From an uncultured Acidobacteriota bacterium (GTDB taxonomy: Bacteria > Acidobacteriota > Terriglobia > Acidiferrales > UBA7541), in assembly GCA_963709005.1 (NCBI GenBank), contig CAVPUS010000027.1, forward strand, positions 160,801 to 224,800: DNA of 64,000 bases, read 5' to 3'. Of the stretch, positions 44,859-54,109 are shown in pieces. The notes beneath the pieces are model-generated. The model ran no database searches and was not told where the DNA came from. It was given only the letters and a program-made list of their open reading frames with translations. The translations under genes and the position numbers were made by a program. Within the stretch, counting starts at the first letter, position 1, and every line of letters starts with the position of its first letter.

Positions 44859-46973
44859 ATGCGACCCTATTCGTTTGCCCTGGTAACGCTTCTAGTTCTT
44901 GCATTCCCCTTTGCGGCGGGAGCTCAAAGCACGAGCGCCCACTATGAGGTGACTTCTGCGCCATCGCCAAACAGCGTAGGCTGTTCGGGCCCGGTGGACG
45001 CCGGAGCTGCCGACGACAAATCCTCCCATGGCTTCAATCTTGCGGACCTTGACCGTTCTGTAAAGCCGTGTGACGACTTTTATCAGTTCGCCGAAGGAAG
45101 CTGGGAGAAGAACAACCCGATTCCTGCCGACCAATCGGATTGGGGCTCCTTCGAGATCCTTCAGCAGCGCAATGAGGGGGTTCTCCATGAAATCCTCGAA
45201 GAGGCAGCCAAGGACAAGACAGCCGCGGCAGGCTCTAACTGGCAGAAGATCAGCGATTTTTATGCGAGCTGCATGGATGAAGCGCAAATTGAAACTGCGG
45301 GTCTTAAGCCCCTGGAGCCGGAATTAGAGCGCATCGTCGCGATCCACGACTCCGCGAGCCTGCAAGCCGAGATCGCGCGCCTGCAGCGTGCGGGAGCGAA
45401 CGCAGTGTTCGGGTTCGGTTCCGAACCGGACTTCAAGAACAGTACCCAAAGAATTGCCGGTGTGGGGCAGGGCGGGTTGGGGTTGCCGGACCGCGACTAC
45501 TACATCCGGGACGACGAGAAATCGAAGCAGCTCCGAGACGCATACGTGAAGCACGTCACAAACATGTTCAAGCTGCTCGGCGATACGGACGCGGCGGGAG
45601 AAGCCAAGTCGGTGATGGCGATCGAAAACTCGTTTGCGAAGGCATCTCTCCCGAACGTTGATTTGCGCGACCCGGACAAGAACTACCATCTAATGCCTCT
45701 GTCGCAGATTGCGAGCCTGACGCCGCATCTCGCATGGGCGGAGTTTTTCAAGGAAGTGAAAGCGCCTGCCGTCTCCTCCATGGATATCGGGCAGCCCGAG
45801 TTCTTCAAGCAGGTGGACGCGGACATCGCCTCCATGCCGCTGGCCGATTGGAGGGCTTACTTGCGCTGGCAGTATGTCCACGCCCTAGCGCCGGCGCTTC
45901 CCGCGAAATTCGTGGAGGAGAATTTCAATTTCTACAGCCGCACGCTGACTGGAACGGCGGAAATGCTCCCGCGCTGGCAGCGATGTGTCCGCGCCACGGA
46001 CGCGCACCTTGGCGAGGCGCTCGGCCAATATTATGTGAAGCGGGAGTTTCCACCGGATGCAAAACAGAAGGCGCTCGTGATGGTGAAGAATATTATCGCC
46101 GCGCTGCGCGCCGATCTTGCAACGCTCGATTGGATGAGTCCTGAGACGCGCCGGAAGGCTGTTGAAAAACTCGATGCCATCGACGTGAGAATCGGGTACC
46201 CGGACAAATGGCGCGACTACTCTCCTTTTCACGTGGATCGCGGTTCCTACGCAGGGAATACGCTCAGTGGAAACACGTATAGTTTTGACTATGATGCCGC
46301 GAGAATCGGCAAGCCCGTGGACCGCGGGGAGTGGGACGCTTCGCCACCGACCGTCGATGCTTACTACCGCCCCACGATGAACGACATCACGTTCCCGGCC
46401 GGCATTCTCCAACCGCCGTTCTTCGACCCCAATCGCGACGACGCCCTCAACTACGGCGGCATCGGCGCCGTGATCGGGCACGAATTGACGCATGGCTTCG
46501 ACGATCAGGGCGCCAAGTTTGACGCGCGGGGCAATCTGAAAAACTGGTGGACGCCGGAAGATCTCAAGAATTTTGAGGAGCGCGGCAACTGCATCGCAAA
46601 GCAATTCGACGGCTACACGGTTGAGCCGGGGCTAAACGAAAACGGCAAGCTCGTGGAAGGCGAGAGTATCGCGGACTTCGGCGGCCTGACGATCGCTTAC
46701 GCCGCGCTGCAAAAAGCGCTGGCGGAGAAACCCGCGCCCGCCATCGATGGTTTTACCGAGGACCAGCGATTCTTTCTCGGTTGGTCACAGATCTGGGCGG
46801 ATAACTTCCGGCCGGAATTTGCCCGATTGCTCGTGAATACAAACCCGCACCCTCTGTCGCATTTTCGCGTGAATGGTCCGCTTTCGAACATGCCTGCATT
46901 CACGAAGGCATACGAGTGCAGCACGAATTCGCCGATGGTCCGTCCGGCTGCCGAGCGCTGCCGGATCTGGTGA
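44859..46973 (+). CDS. M13-family zinc metallopeptidase (PepO/neprilysin-like), secreted
   Basis: Signal peptide MRPYSFALVTLLVLAFPFAAGAQ, HExxH in VIGHELTHGFDDQG, GESIADFGG and a C-terminal CRIW. Confidence 0.9.
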   Translation: MRPYSFALVTLLVLAFPFAAGAQSTSAHYEVTSAPSPNSVGCSGPVDAGAADDKSSHGFNLADLDRSVKPCDDFYQFAEGSWEKNNPIPADQSDWGSFEILQQRNEGVLHEILEEAAKDKTAAAGSNWQKISDFYASCMDEAQIETAGLKPLEPELERIVAIHDSASLQAEIARLQRAGANAVFGFGSEPDFKNSTQRIAGVGQGGLGLPDRDYYIRDDEKSKQLRDAYVKHVTNMFKLLGDTDAAGEAKSVMAIENSFAKASLPNVDLRDPDKNYHLMPLSQIASLTPHLAWAEFFKEVKAPAVSSMDIGQPEFFKQVDADIASMPLADWRAYLRWQYVHALAPALPAKFVEENFNFYSRTLTGTAEMLPRWQRCVRATDAHLGEALGQYYVKREFPPDAKQKALVMVKNIIAALRADLATLDWMSPETRRKAVEKLDAIDVRIGYPDKWRDYSPFHVDRGSYAGNTLSGNTYSFDYDAARIGKPVDRGEWDASPPTVDAYYRPTMNDITFPAGILQPPFFDPNRDDALNYGGIGAVIGHELTHGFDDQGAKFDARGNLKNWWTPEDLKNFEERGNCIAKQFDGYTVEPGLNENGKLVEGESIADFGGLTIAYAALQKALAEKPAPAIDGFTEDQRFFLGWSQIWADNFRPEFARLLVNTNPHPLSHFRVNGPLSNMPAFTKAYECSTNSPMVRPAAERCRIW

Positions 46974-47000
46974 CGCGCGGGGAAGTCGTCCGACGGCTTC

Positions 47001-47933
47001 TCAAGCTCCGGGAGATGCCATGGCGTGGCTCATCGCCGGTTCAGGTTCGGTAACGGGAGCGCTTGCAAACGCGTCTGCCTGATACCGACGATACCAAAGC
47101 GCCTCGCTCGCTCGCTGCCACAGCCGGCAGGCCAGCCAGAAGACCATCATGGTTTGACCCAGAAAAAACGCGGTTAGGATTGAGTTGGGCTGCAAATAAT
47201 TTTTCCACAATTGCAGGGCGAGTCCGAAAACCACCCAACTCACCAAGCTGATCCGGGAATAGAGCCAGAAGAGCGATCCGAAATTCCGGCTCACGACCGC
47301 AGCGGCGCGCCGCAACGCCTTGTGCATCCGGCGCTCGTCCTCGGCCACGGCGATTACCTGGGCCATGTCGAACCAGAGGCGCAGGCACATCAAAAGAAAC
47401 AGAATCACGACGGCAGACGCAACGAAGACCCATACGGAGGGGAACGGCGAAATGGAAGTCTTGTCAAAGTGATCGTAGAGTTTGCCGAAAATGGCGGCGA
47501 GAATCCCGATGGGGATCAGGGCAATCGCGAAGTAAATCAGGAGCCGCAAAAAACGCCAGAAATGATAGCCGGACGCCTCGAAGAAAGGCCCCGCCGTCAA
47601 ACGCTCGTCGCGGTAGTAAGTGGCTAGCACTCCTCCCGTTGCGAATAGCATAAATACCATGAAGACGATCGAGAAAAACAGGAACGCCGGGCCCGGCCCT
47701 TGGAGGGGAGATTCCGGTTGAGCAGCGAGTTCGAAAAGGGCGGCAACATCGAATCCATGGACAAGACGATCCGCCGCGAAGCTGTGATGCAGCGCACCTG
47801 CCGCGGGCTCCATCATTTGGATCGCGGTGAAAACGGAGAGAAGCGCATTGACGATGAATATCCACCACAGCACGGCCTGCCTGCGCCATACCAACCCGGC
47901 CCCGTCCAGAAATGTTCTCGGTTTCGCAGCCAT
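47001..47933 (-). CDS. Polytopic membrane protein of unknown function
   Basis: About 6-7 hydrophobic helices. I recognise no family. It lies 75 nt downstream of, and co-oriented with, the M1 peptidase gene. Confidence 0.55.
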   Translation of the reverse strand: MAAKPRTFLDGAGLVWRRQAVLWWIFIVNALLSVFTAIQMMEPAAGALHHSFAADRLVHGFDVAALFELAAQPESPLQGPGPAFLFFSIVFMVFMLFATGGVLATYYRDERLTAGPFFEASGYHFWRFLRLLIYFAIALIPIGILAAIFGKLYDHFDKTSISPFPSVWVFVASAVVILFLLMCLRLWFDMAQVIAVAEDERRMHKALRRAAAVVSRNFGSLFWLYSRISLVSWVVFGLALQLWKNYLQPNSILTAFFLGQTMMVFWLACRLWQRASEALWYRRYQADAFASAPVTEPEPAMSHAMASPGA

Positions 47934-48008
47934 CTCGAATTGCCTCCGCTTCGGTTCCCGTTTCGCTGAAGCGACTCCGTCGCTAAACGAGCGACCTGTG
48001 TGAATGAG

Positions 48009-49994
48009 CTATGTGAGCCACGCGATCCACTGCGCGAACCATTCGCTCGCAAAAAGCCACAGATTCCCGAGCTTATGAACGGCGCGGTGATCTTCCTTGA
48101 CCATATAGCTGTTGTTGAAAAAGTTCCGGTCCAGCCAGATTTCATGCTGGGGATCGATTTCCGCGGATTTCACTTTTGACTTGCGATCGTATTCGTACCG
48201 CACCCAGCGGTCGCGGCCGTCCCAATGCTCGACGACCGATTGGCCGTCGTTGAATGTGACCACCAGGTCCACGGGGAAAATAAAATCGCCCTTCCGGTGA
48301 ACGCTGACATAGGTGCGATAGATCTGGCCGGGATCCTTGGACTCCGCGCCGAACATCGGCTTCTTTTCGTACCAGTTGATGGGATCGGAATGCGCGTTCA
48401 GGATTTCATAGTCGAGGATATTGGTCCCATAGACTGCTTGATCGAAATACCAGCGCAGGTTTTTTCCGGAAACCTCCTCGATCGTTTTCAGGAAATCCTC
48501 GCCGGTTGGATGAGTGAACCGATAACGCATGAAGTAGGTGTGCAGCGCCTGCCGCATCGTGTCTTCACCGATGATTTTTTCAAGGGTAAGCAATACGGTA
48601 GCCGTCTTGCCGTAGGTGATCCCGCCATAAGAGTTGCTTCCATAGAACTGCCAGCCCAATCGCGTGATTGGGTCCCTGTCGGGCTGGCTGATGTAGGAGA
48701 GCCGTTGCTGTTCGTCTTCTCCCATGTGGGCGAAGGGAAAATTAAGAACGGAAGTGCCTTTTCCGTAGAGCGCGTCCATCACTTTCACTTCCGTGTAGCT
48801 GTTGATTCCCTCGTCGAGCCACGCTTCCTCGAATTCGTTGGTCGCCACCATTCCGTACCAGTATTGGTGCCCGAATTCGTGTTCGAGCACGACTTCCGGA
48901 AAGAGCGCTCCCTTGGGCATGTTCCAAGTCGTGTCCGCTGTGATCAGCGTCGGATACTCCATGCCGCCCGCGTCAAGTGCGCCATGTGGAGGGTCCACGA
49001 CCGTAATTCGATCATAGGGATACGGGCCGTACCATTCGTCAAAAAGCTTGAGGGTGCCTTTCAACGCGCTCAGGTATCGCGGCACCGTCCCCATGTTCCC
49101 CGGCGACATCAGCAGGTGAATTTTCACCGTCCCGGCGCTCCCGGTCCATTGATCTTCAGCCAATTGGTAGCTGGGGCTGGCCGTCCACGAAAAATCGTGC
49201 ACGTCTTCGGAGTGGAAGACAAGCGTCTTCGTTCCATCCGAATTGTTCGCGCTCGACACGAGATCTCCGCCAGCGCCGACGACTTCGTTCTGCGGAAGGG
49301 TAAGTTTCACGTCGAACGTTCCGAAGTCCGCGAAGAATTCGGTGGTGGCGTGAAACTGATGGCAGTTCCAAGCGCCCTTCCACCACACGCCAACCTTCGG
49401 AAACCATTGCCCGACCATGAAGAAGTCCCGCTTGTAGCCCGTGCGCTCCACTACCTCGGGTATCAAATCCTGGAATGTCATCCGGAATTGCACGGATCCG
49501 CCCGTTGGAACGGGCCTTGGCAGCGTTACCTGAAAGACCGTGCGATCGTTCGTGTTGTGATCGTCCGGCTGAATGAACTCTATCTTATTGGTCAGGTCAC
49601 CCATGCCCTCAGCTTCGAACTTGCTCACGGTTATCGAGCCGAAATGCTTGGGGTCCCAGCCTGAATCGGGGCCGTTCCCCCGCGTCCCGTACAACCGCAC
49701 CTCGGTCATGAAGGTGGATTGCGGCTGAAAGGCGTTCAAGTATAGATGGAACGGAAACGTTTGCTGCGGCTGCCCGGTGAGGTTTTGGTAAGTCAGCGTT
49801 TCGGTTGCCGTAATCGTGTGCTTCTCCGGGTCGAGCTTCGCTTCGATGCCATAGGCGACGACGCGAGTGGAGAGCGGCTTGCCTGTAGAGGAGGCGGGCT
49901 GCTGATTGGCCTGGCTTGGCGAGGCAAATCCTGCACCTGAAAACGCGAAAGCTGCCGCGCCTGCGAAAATCACGGCGCGCGTAAGATGCCGCAT
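48009..49994 (-). CDS. M1-family zinc metallopeptidase (aminopeptidase N-like), secreted
   Basis: Signal peptide MRHLTRAVIFAGAAAFAFSGAGFA. GMEYP (a GxMEN-like exopeptidase motif). HEFGHQYWYGMVATNEFEEAWLDEG (HExxH-x18-E). Confidence 0.85.
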   Translation of the reverse strand: MRHLTRAVIFAGAAAFAFSGAGFASPSQANQQPASSTGKPLSTRVVAYGIEAKLDPEKHTITATETLTYQNLTGQPQQTFPFHLYLNAFQPQSTFMTEVRLYGTRGNGPDSGWDPKHFGSITVSKFEAEGMGDLTNKIEFIQPDDHNTNDRTVFQVTLPRPVPTGGSVQFRMTFQDLIPEVVERTGYKRDFFMVGQWFPKVGVWWKGAWNCHQFHATTEFFADFGTFDVKLTLPQNEVVGAGGDLVSSANNSDGTKTLVFHSEDVHDFSWTASPSYQLAEDQWTGSAGTVKIHLLMSPGNMGTVPRYLSALKGTLKLFDEWYGPYPYDRITVVDPPHGALDAGGMEYPTLITADTTWNMPKGALFPEVVLEHEFGHQYWYGMVATNEFEEAWLDEGINSYTEVKVMDALYGKGTSVLNFPFAHMGEDEQQRLSYISQPDRDPITRLGWQFYGSNSYGGITYGKTATVLLTLEKIIGEDTMRQALHTYFMRYRFTHPTGEDFLKTIEEVSGKNLRWYFDQAVYGTNILDYEILNAHSDPINWYEKKPMFGAESKDPGQIYRTYVSVHRKGDFIFPVDLVVTFNDGQSVVEHWDGRDRWVRYEYDRKSKVKSAEIDPQHEIWLDRNFFNNSYMVKEDHRAVHKLGNLWLFASEWFAQWIAWLT

Positions 49995-50209
49995 GAACCC
50001 TCCCTGAGGCGCTGCTTGGCGCTACTTCTACCTAATTGAGCCAATTACGCTGCAATAACTTTGCGGGGCCGAACTGATATTGGTCGAGCGCATTATTCGC
50101 GGACAGCATAGAATACGAGCGGGATGCACGCAAGTTTCATTGAGCCTTATTCACAGTGAAAACTCGCGACCGAATTCATGCTTCTTTCGCCGCGCCCTTG
50201 CGGACAAAG

Positions 50210-50238
50210 TTGACGCGCTCGTTCCGCACGACTAAAAT
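50210..50238 (+). promoter_or_regulatory. Sigma70-type promoter candidate for hrcA-grpE-dnaJ
   Basis: TTGACG (50210-50215), a 17-nt spacer, then TAAAAT (50233-50238), 78 nt upstream of the hrcA ATG. It is followed by the inverted repeat ACGTGA-N6-TCACGT at 50245-50262. Confidence 0.5.
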
Positions 50239-50315
50239 TTAGATACGTGAAGGATGTCACGTTTGTTTCGTCCCGGCAGAGAGGCTGCTCGGGCTGCTTT
50301 CGCGATTCGATATCT

Positions 50316-51353
50316 ATGTCCGTCCTACAGCAAAAACGGCACCAGCAGATACTGACCGATGTCGTGCGCGTATACATCGAGACGGGCGAACCCGTGTCGT
50401 CGCGCAGTGTGGCGCGCCGCCATCTGGATCCGCTCAGTCCCGCGACGGTTCGCAACGTCATGGCCGACCTCGAAGACGAGGGCTATCTCTACCAGCCGCA
50501 CACATCCGCCGGCCGTGTTCCCACTGCCAGCGCGTACCGGTTTTTCGTCGAGCAGGTGGCTGCCCAGGCTACGGCGAGCCCGGAGGACCGGCAGTGGATA
50601 CGCCGCGAGCTCGAATCTGCGGAGACGCCTGAAGCCGTGATGGAGCGCGCGAGCCATGTGCTCGCGGCTGTTTCGCGCGGCCTTGGAATCTTCATTTCGC
50701 CGCCCCTTGCGCGCAGCGTAGTGGAGCATCTGCGGTTCCTGCTCCTACCGGAAAATCGCGTTCTCGTCGTGCTGGTGACGTCGGGTGGCCTGACGCGAGA
50801 CAAAGTGATTCGTCCCGAGCGCGCCTTCCTCCAGCAGGATCTCGATCGCATTGCCACGCACCTCAATAACCATTACAAAGGATGGACGCTCGAAGCCATG
50901 CGCTCCGACCTGCGCCTCCAGGTGGAACGTGACCGCGAGCAATATGGCCGAATTTCCGGAGACGCTCTTCTGCTCTGCGGCCCGACCGTGCTGGGAGACA
51001 GCGGCGAGCGCAAGATATACGTTGAAGGCGCAGCCCAGATTGCGTCGTCGCCGGAGTTCACGGATCAGGCGCAATTGCGTGAGTTGCTGGAAGCGATCGA
51101 GGAAAAAGACCGGCTGATCGCGCTCTTGAGCGGCTGCATCGAATCGCCCGAGCCGGTGCACGTGGAACTTGGTTTGGACAAAATGTCGACGGCGGGAAAG
51201 CATCTCGCGCTCGTCTCCGCGTCGTACACTTCGAAGGATCAGGTGCAAGGTACGCTCGGCATTTTGGCTCCCATGCGCATGCACTACGAGCGCGTGATCA
51301 CCGCAGTCGCCTTCATGGCGCAATTTTTTTCCGAGAACCAGGAGGAGAGCTGA
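50316..51353 (+). CDS. hrcA: Heat-inducible transcription repressor HrcA
   Basis: N-terminal winged helix: QKRHQQILTDVVRVYIETGEPVSSRSVA...LSPATVRNVMADLEDEGYLYQPHTSAGRVPT. Confidence 0.9.
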   Translation: MSVLQQKRHQQILTDVVRVYIETGEPVSSRSVARRHLDPLSPATVRNVMADLEDEGYLYQPHTSAGRVPTASAYRFFVEQVAAQATASPEDRQWIRRELESAETPEAVMERASHVLAAVSRGLGIFISPPLARSVVEHLRFLLLPENRVLVVLVTSGGLTRDKVIRPERAFLQQDLDRIATHLNNHYKGWTLEAMRSDLRLQVERDREQYGRISGDALLLCGPTVLGDSGERKIYVEGAAQIASSPEFTDQAQLRELLEAIEEKDRLIALLSGCIESPEPVHVELGLDKMSTAGKHLALVSASYTSKDQVQGTLGILAPMRMHYERVITAVAFMAQFFSENQEES

Positions 51354-51354
51354 T

Positions 51355-51963
51355 TTGGCGTCTTACGGGAACAGAGAAAAGCCGGAGAGGGAAGATGCAA
51401 AGCAAGGGGTCGCAACCGAAGGGAATCTTTCGACGGCGGACACCGGCGCGGCATCTGCATCCCCCGGGGCGAACGATATAGAGCTCGCCGACCAAATTCA
51501 GAAGCTGCTCGCCGAAAAGCAGGATCTGATGAACACGCTGGTCCGGCGGCAGGCCGATTTCGAAAATTATCGCAAACGGGTCGAGAAGGAGCGCCATCAC
51601 GATCGCCATCGTGGCGTGGAAGCGCTTATCGAGCATTTGCTGCCGGTTCTTGATGCTTTCGATCGCGCATTGGCCGCATACGACGATCCGGCTTACGCCG
51701 AGTACAGCAAGGGATTTGAGCTGATTCGCAAGCAGCTCGGCGACATCCTTGGAAAGCAAGGTCTCGAACGCATCGAAAGCGTGGGCAAGGAATTCAATCC
51801 GCACTTCCACCATGCCATCGAGAGCGTCGCAACCGCGGAATTGCCCGACGGAACCGTGCTGCAGGAATTGCAGCCGGGTTATGTGTTTCACGGCCGGATT
51901 CTGCGGCCGGCGATGGTCCGCGTCACCAGCGCGCCTGAAAAGACGCGTGACGCGCAAAACTGA
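51355..51963 (+). CDS. grpE: Nucleotide exchange factor GrpE
   Basis: RRQADFENYRKRVEKE and the C-terminal beta domain (GKEFNPHFHHAIESV...GYVFHGRILRPAMVRV). TTG start 6-8 nt after a strong SD (AGGAGGAG). Confidence 0.9.
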   Translation: MASYGNREKPEREDAKQGVATEGNLSTADTGAASASPGANDIELADQIQKLLAEKQDLMNTLVRRQADFENYRKRVEKERHHDRHRGVEALIEHLLPVLDAFDRALAAYDDPAYAEYSKGFELIRKQLGDILGKQGLERIESVGKEFNPHFHHAIESVATAELPDGTVLQELQPGYVFHGRILRPAMVRVTSAPEKTRDAQN

Positions 51964-52008
51964 ATGAACTAGCGGCGCAACACCTGAATCGAAAGGTAAA
52001 AGAGGAAA

Positions 52009-53154
52009 ATGCCCAGCACTCCCCGCGATTACTACGAAGTTCTTGGCGTGGCCCGCGACGCTTCGGCCGATCAGATCAAGTCGGCATACCGCAAGGCGGC
52101 GCTTCAATGGCATCCAGATCGCAATCCGGAGAATAAGCAGCAGGCGGAGGGAAACTTTCGCGCCGCGAGCGAAGCTTACAGCGTGCTTTCCGACACGCAA
52201 AAGCGCGCTATCTACGACCGCTTTGGTCACGCGGGACTCGGCAGCCGCGGGTTCGAGCCCGGTGGCGGCATTAACTCGACGATCTTCGAGGAATTTCAGG
52301 ACATCCTCGGCGATCTCTTCGGCATTGATGATGCGTTCGGCGGGGGCGGCCGGCGCCGCGGACGTGCCGCGCGCGGGCAACGCGGCAACGATTTGCGTTA
52401 CGACATGAGCCTGAGCTTTGAAGAGGCGGCCGCGGGTGTCACGACCAAGATTCAAGTGACACGCCTGGAAGCCTGCGAGACCTGCAAAGGCACCGGTTCA
52501 AAAGCCGGCACGGGCACCACGACGTGCCGCACCTGCGGTGGCCGCGGCCAGCTCGCCTACCAGCAAGGGTTTTTCTCGATCACGCGCACATGCCCTGCTT
52601 GCCAGGGCGTCGGCCAGGTAATCAAGGATGCCTGCGCTACGTGCCGGGGCCAGGGGCGCATCGAGCGCGAACGAACACTTGAAGTTGGCATACCCGCCGG
52701 CGTGGATTCCGGCACGCGGCTCCGCATGGCTGGCCACGGAGAGCCCGGCACGAATGGGGGCGGTCCCGGCGATCTCTACATTTTCCTCGAGGTGAAAGAG
52801 CATGCGCTGTTCGAGCGGCGGGGCGCCGACCTTTACTGTTCGATTCCCATCAGCATCACGCAAGCCAGCCTGGGAGCGAAAATACAGGTGCCCACGCTGC
52901 ACGGCGAAGAGGAGCTCGAAATCCCCGAAGGCACCCAGTCCGGGCAGATCTTCCGCAAGAAAGGGAAGGGACTCCCGAATCCGCACGGAGGCCGCGGCGA
53001 TCTCTACGTCAACATTCAGGTTGTCATTCCGTCGAAAGTTTCGCGGGAGCAGCGCCGCCTGCTTGAACAGCTCGGCCAGTCTCTTAAAGTGGAGAATAAA
53101 CCCGCGGAGCGGACCGCGAGCTTTTTCGACAAGGTGAAAGACATCTTCGGCTAG
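52009..53154 (+). CDS. dnaJ: Molecular chaperone DnaJ (type I)
   Basis: J domain with HPD ([14 protein letters not shown]), a G/F region and four CxxCxGxG zinc-finger repeats. Confidence 0.95.
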   Translation: MPSTPRDYYEVLGVARDASADQIKSAYRKAALQWHPDRNPENKQQAEGNFRAASEAYSVLSDTQKRAIYDRFGHAGLGSRGFEPGGGINSTIFEEFQDILGDLFGIDDAFGGGGRRRGRAARGQRGNDLRYDMSLSFEEAAAGVTTKIQVTRLEACETCKGTGSKAGTGTTTCRTCGGRGQLAYQQGFFSITRTCPACQGVGQVIKDACATCRGQGRIERERTLEVGIPAGVDSGTRLRMAGHGEPGTNGGGPGDLYIFLEVKEHALFERRGADLYCSIPISITQASLGAKIQVPTLHGEEELEIPEGTQSGQIFRKKGKGLPNPHGGRGDLYVNIQVVIPSKVSREQRRLLEQLGQSLKVENKPAERTASFFDKVKDIFG

Positions 53155-53280
53155 TGAAGCGTACGGCTTGCGTGATTCTGGCTCGGTCACCCGCAAGACC
53201 CTCCTCTGTGTTCATGCCTGGTTGCAATGCCTTCGTCATAGTGGATTGCGCCGGCGCGTTCCGGGGATACAATTGCACCC

Positions 53281-54012
53281 ATGCGCCGGCGCTTCTTCGT
53301 GGATCAATTCGGCGATGATTCCGCCACTCTTCGCGGCGATGCCGCCGAGCACCTTGGCCGCGTCCTGCGCGCCGAGCCTGGCCAGCTCTACGAACTAAGC
53401 GACGGCGCGCGCGTCTGGCTGGCCCGCGTCGAACGCGTTTCCCTGCGCAAAAGTGGCGACAACCGCGTCGAATTCGCGCTCGTCGAACCCGTCGCAACAC
53501 GCGAGCCGCCGCTATGCATTCAGCTTCTCATCGCACTCGTGAAGTTCGACCGTTTCGAGTGGTGCCTCGAAAAGGCAACAGAGCTGGGCGTCGCCGAGAT
53601 CGTTCCTCTTCACGCGGCCCGTACCGATAAGCTGCTGCTTGCGGCAGCGAACAAGCGGCTCAAGCGCTGGCGAAGAATCCTGCTTGAATCCGCGCAACAA
53701 TCGCGACGCCTTCGTCCGCCGGCGATTCGGAATGTAATGCGCGTGGAGGATGCTTTCGCGCAATCCACGGCGGCCACGAGAATTTTCATGTCGGAACGCC
53801 GTGACTCGCGGCCGGTGAATGAGGCGCTCCGCTCTGCGAAGGGGCCCACTGCCTGCCTGGCGATTGGGCCGGAGGGCGGCTGGACCGACGCCGAAGTTGC
53901 CGCTGCGCGTGCAGCCGGTTTTGTCGAGACTTCGCTCGGCGAAATCATCCTGCGGACCGAAACTGCCGTCCTGGCCTCGCTCGCGATCCTGCACTTCGCG
54001 TTGAACGACTGA
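53281..54012 (+). CDS. rsmE: 16S rRNA (uracil1498-N3)-methyltransferase RsmE
   Basis: MRRRFFV N-terminus with a PUA-like domain and a SPOUT C-terminus (LAIGPEGGWTDAEV...LGEIILRTETA). Confidence 0.85.
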   Translation: MRRRFFVDQFGDDSATLRGDAAEHLGRVLRAEPGQLYELSDGARVWLARVERVSLRKSGDNRVEFALVEPVATREPPLCIQLLIALVKFDRFEWCLEKATELGVAEIVPLHAARTDKLLLAAANKRLKRWRRILLESAQQSRRLRPPAIRNVMRVEDAFAQSTAATRIFMSERRDSRPVNEALRSAKGPTACLAIGPEGGWTDAEVAAARAAGFVETSLGEIILRTETAVLASLAILHFALND

Positions 54013-54109
54013 TTCATCCGGCCAACGGTTTTGGCCTGCTTATCCTTATCTCTGCGGGCGACTTGGTATAGAATCGGTGCGGCTTTCAAACCTCGCGAAG
54101 GTGGTTCCG

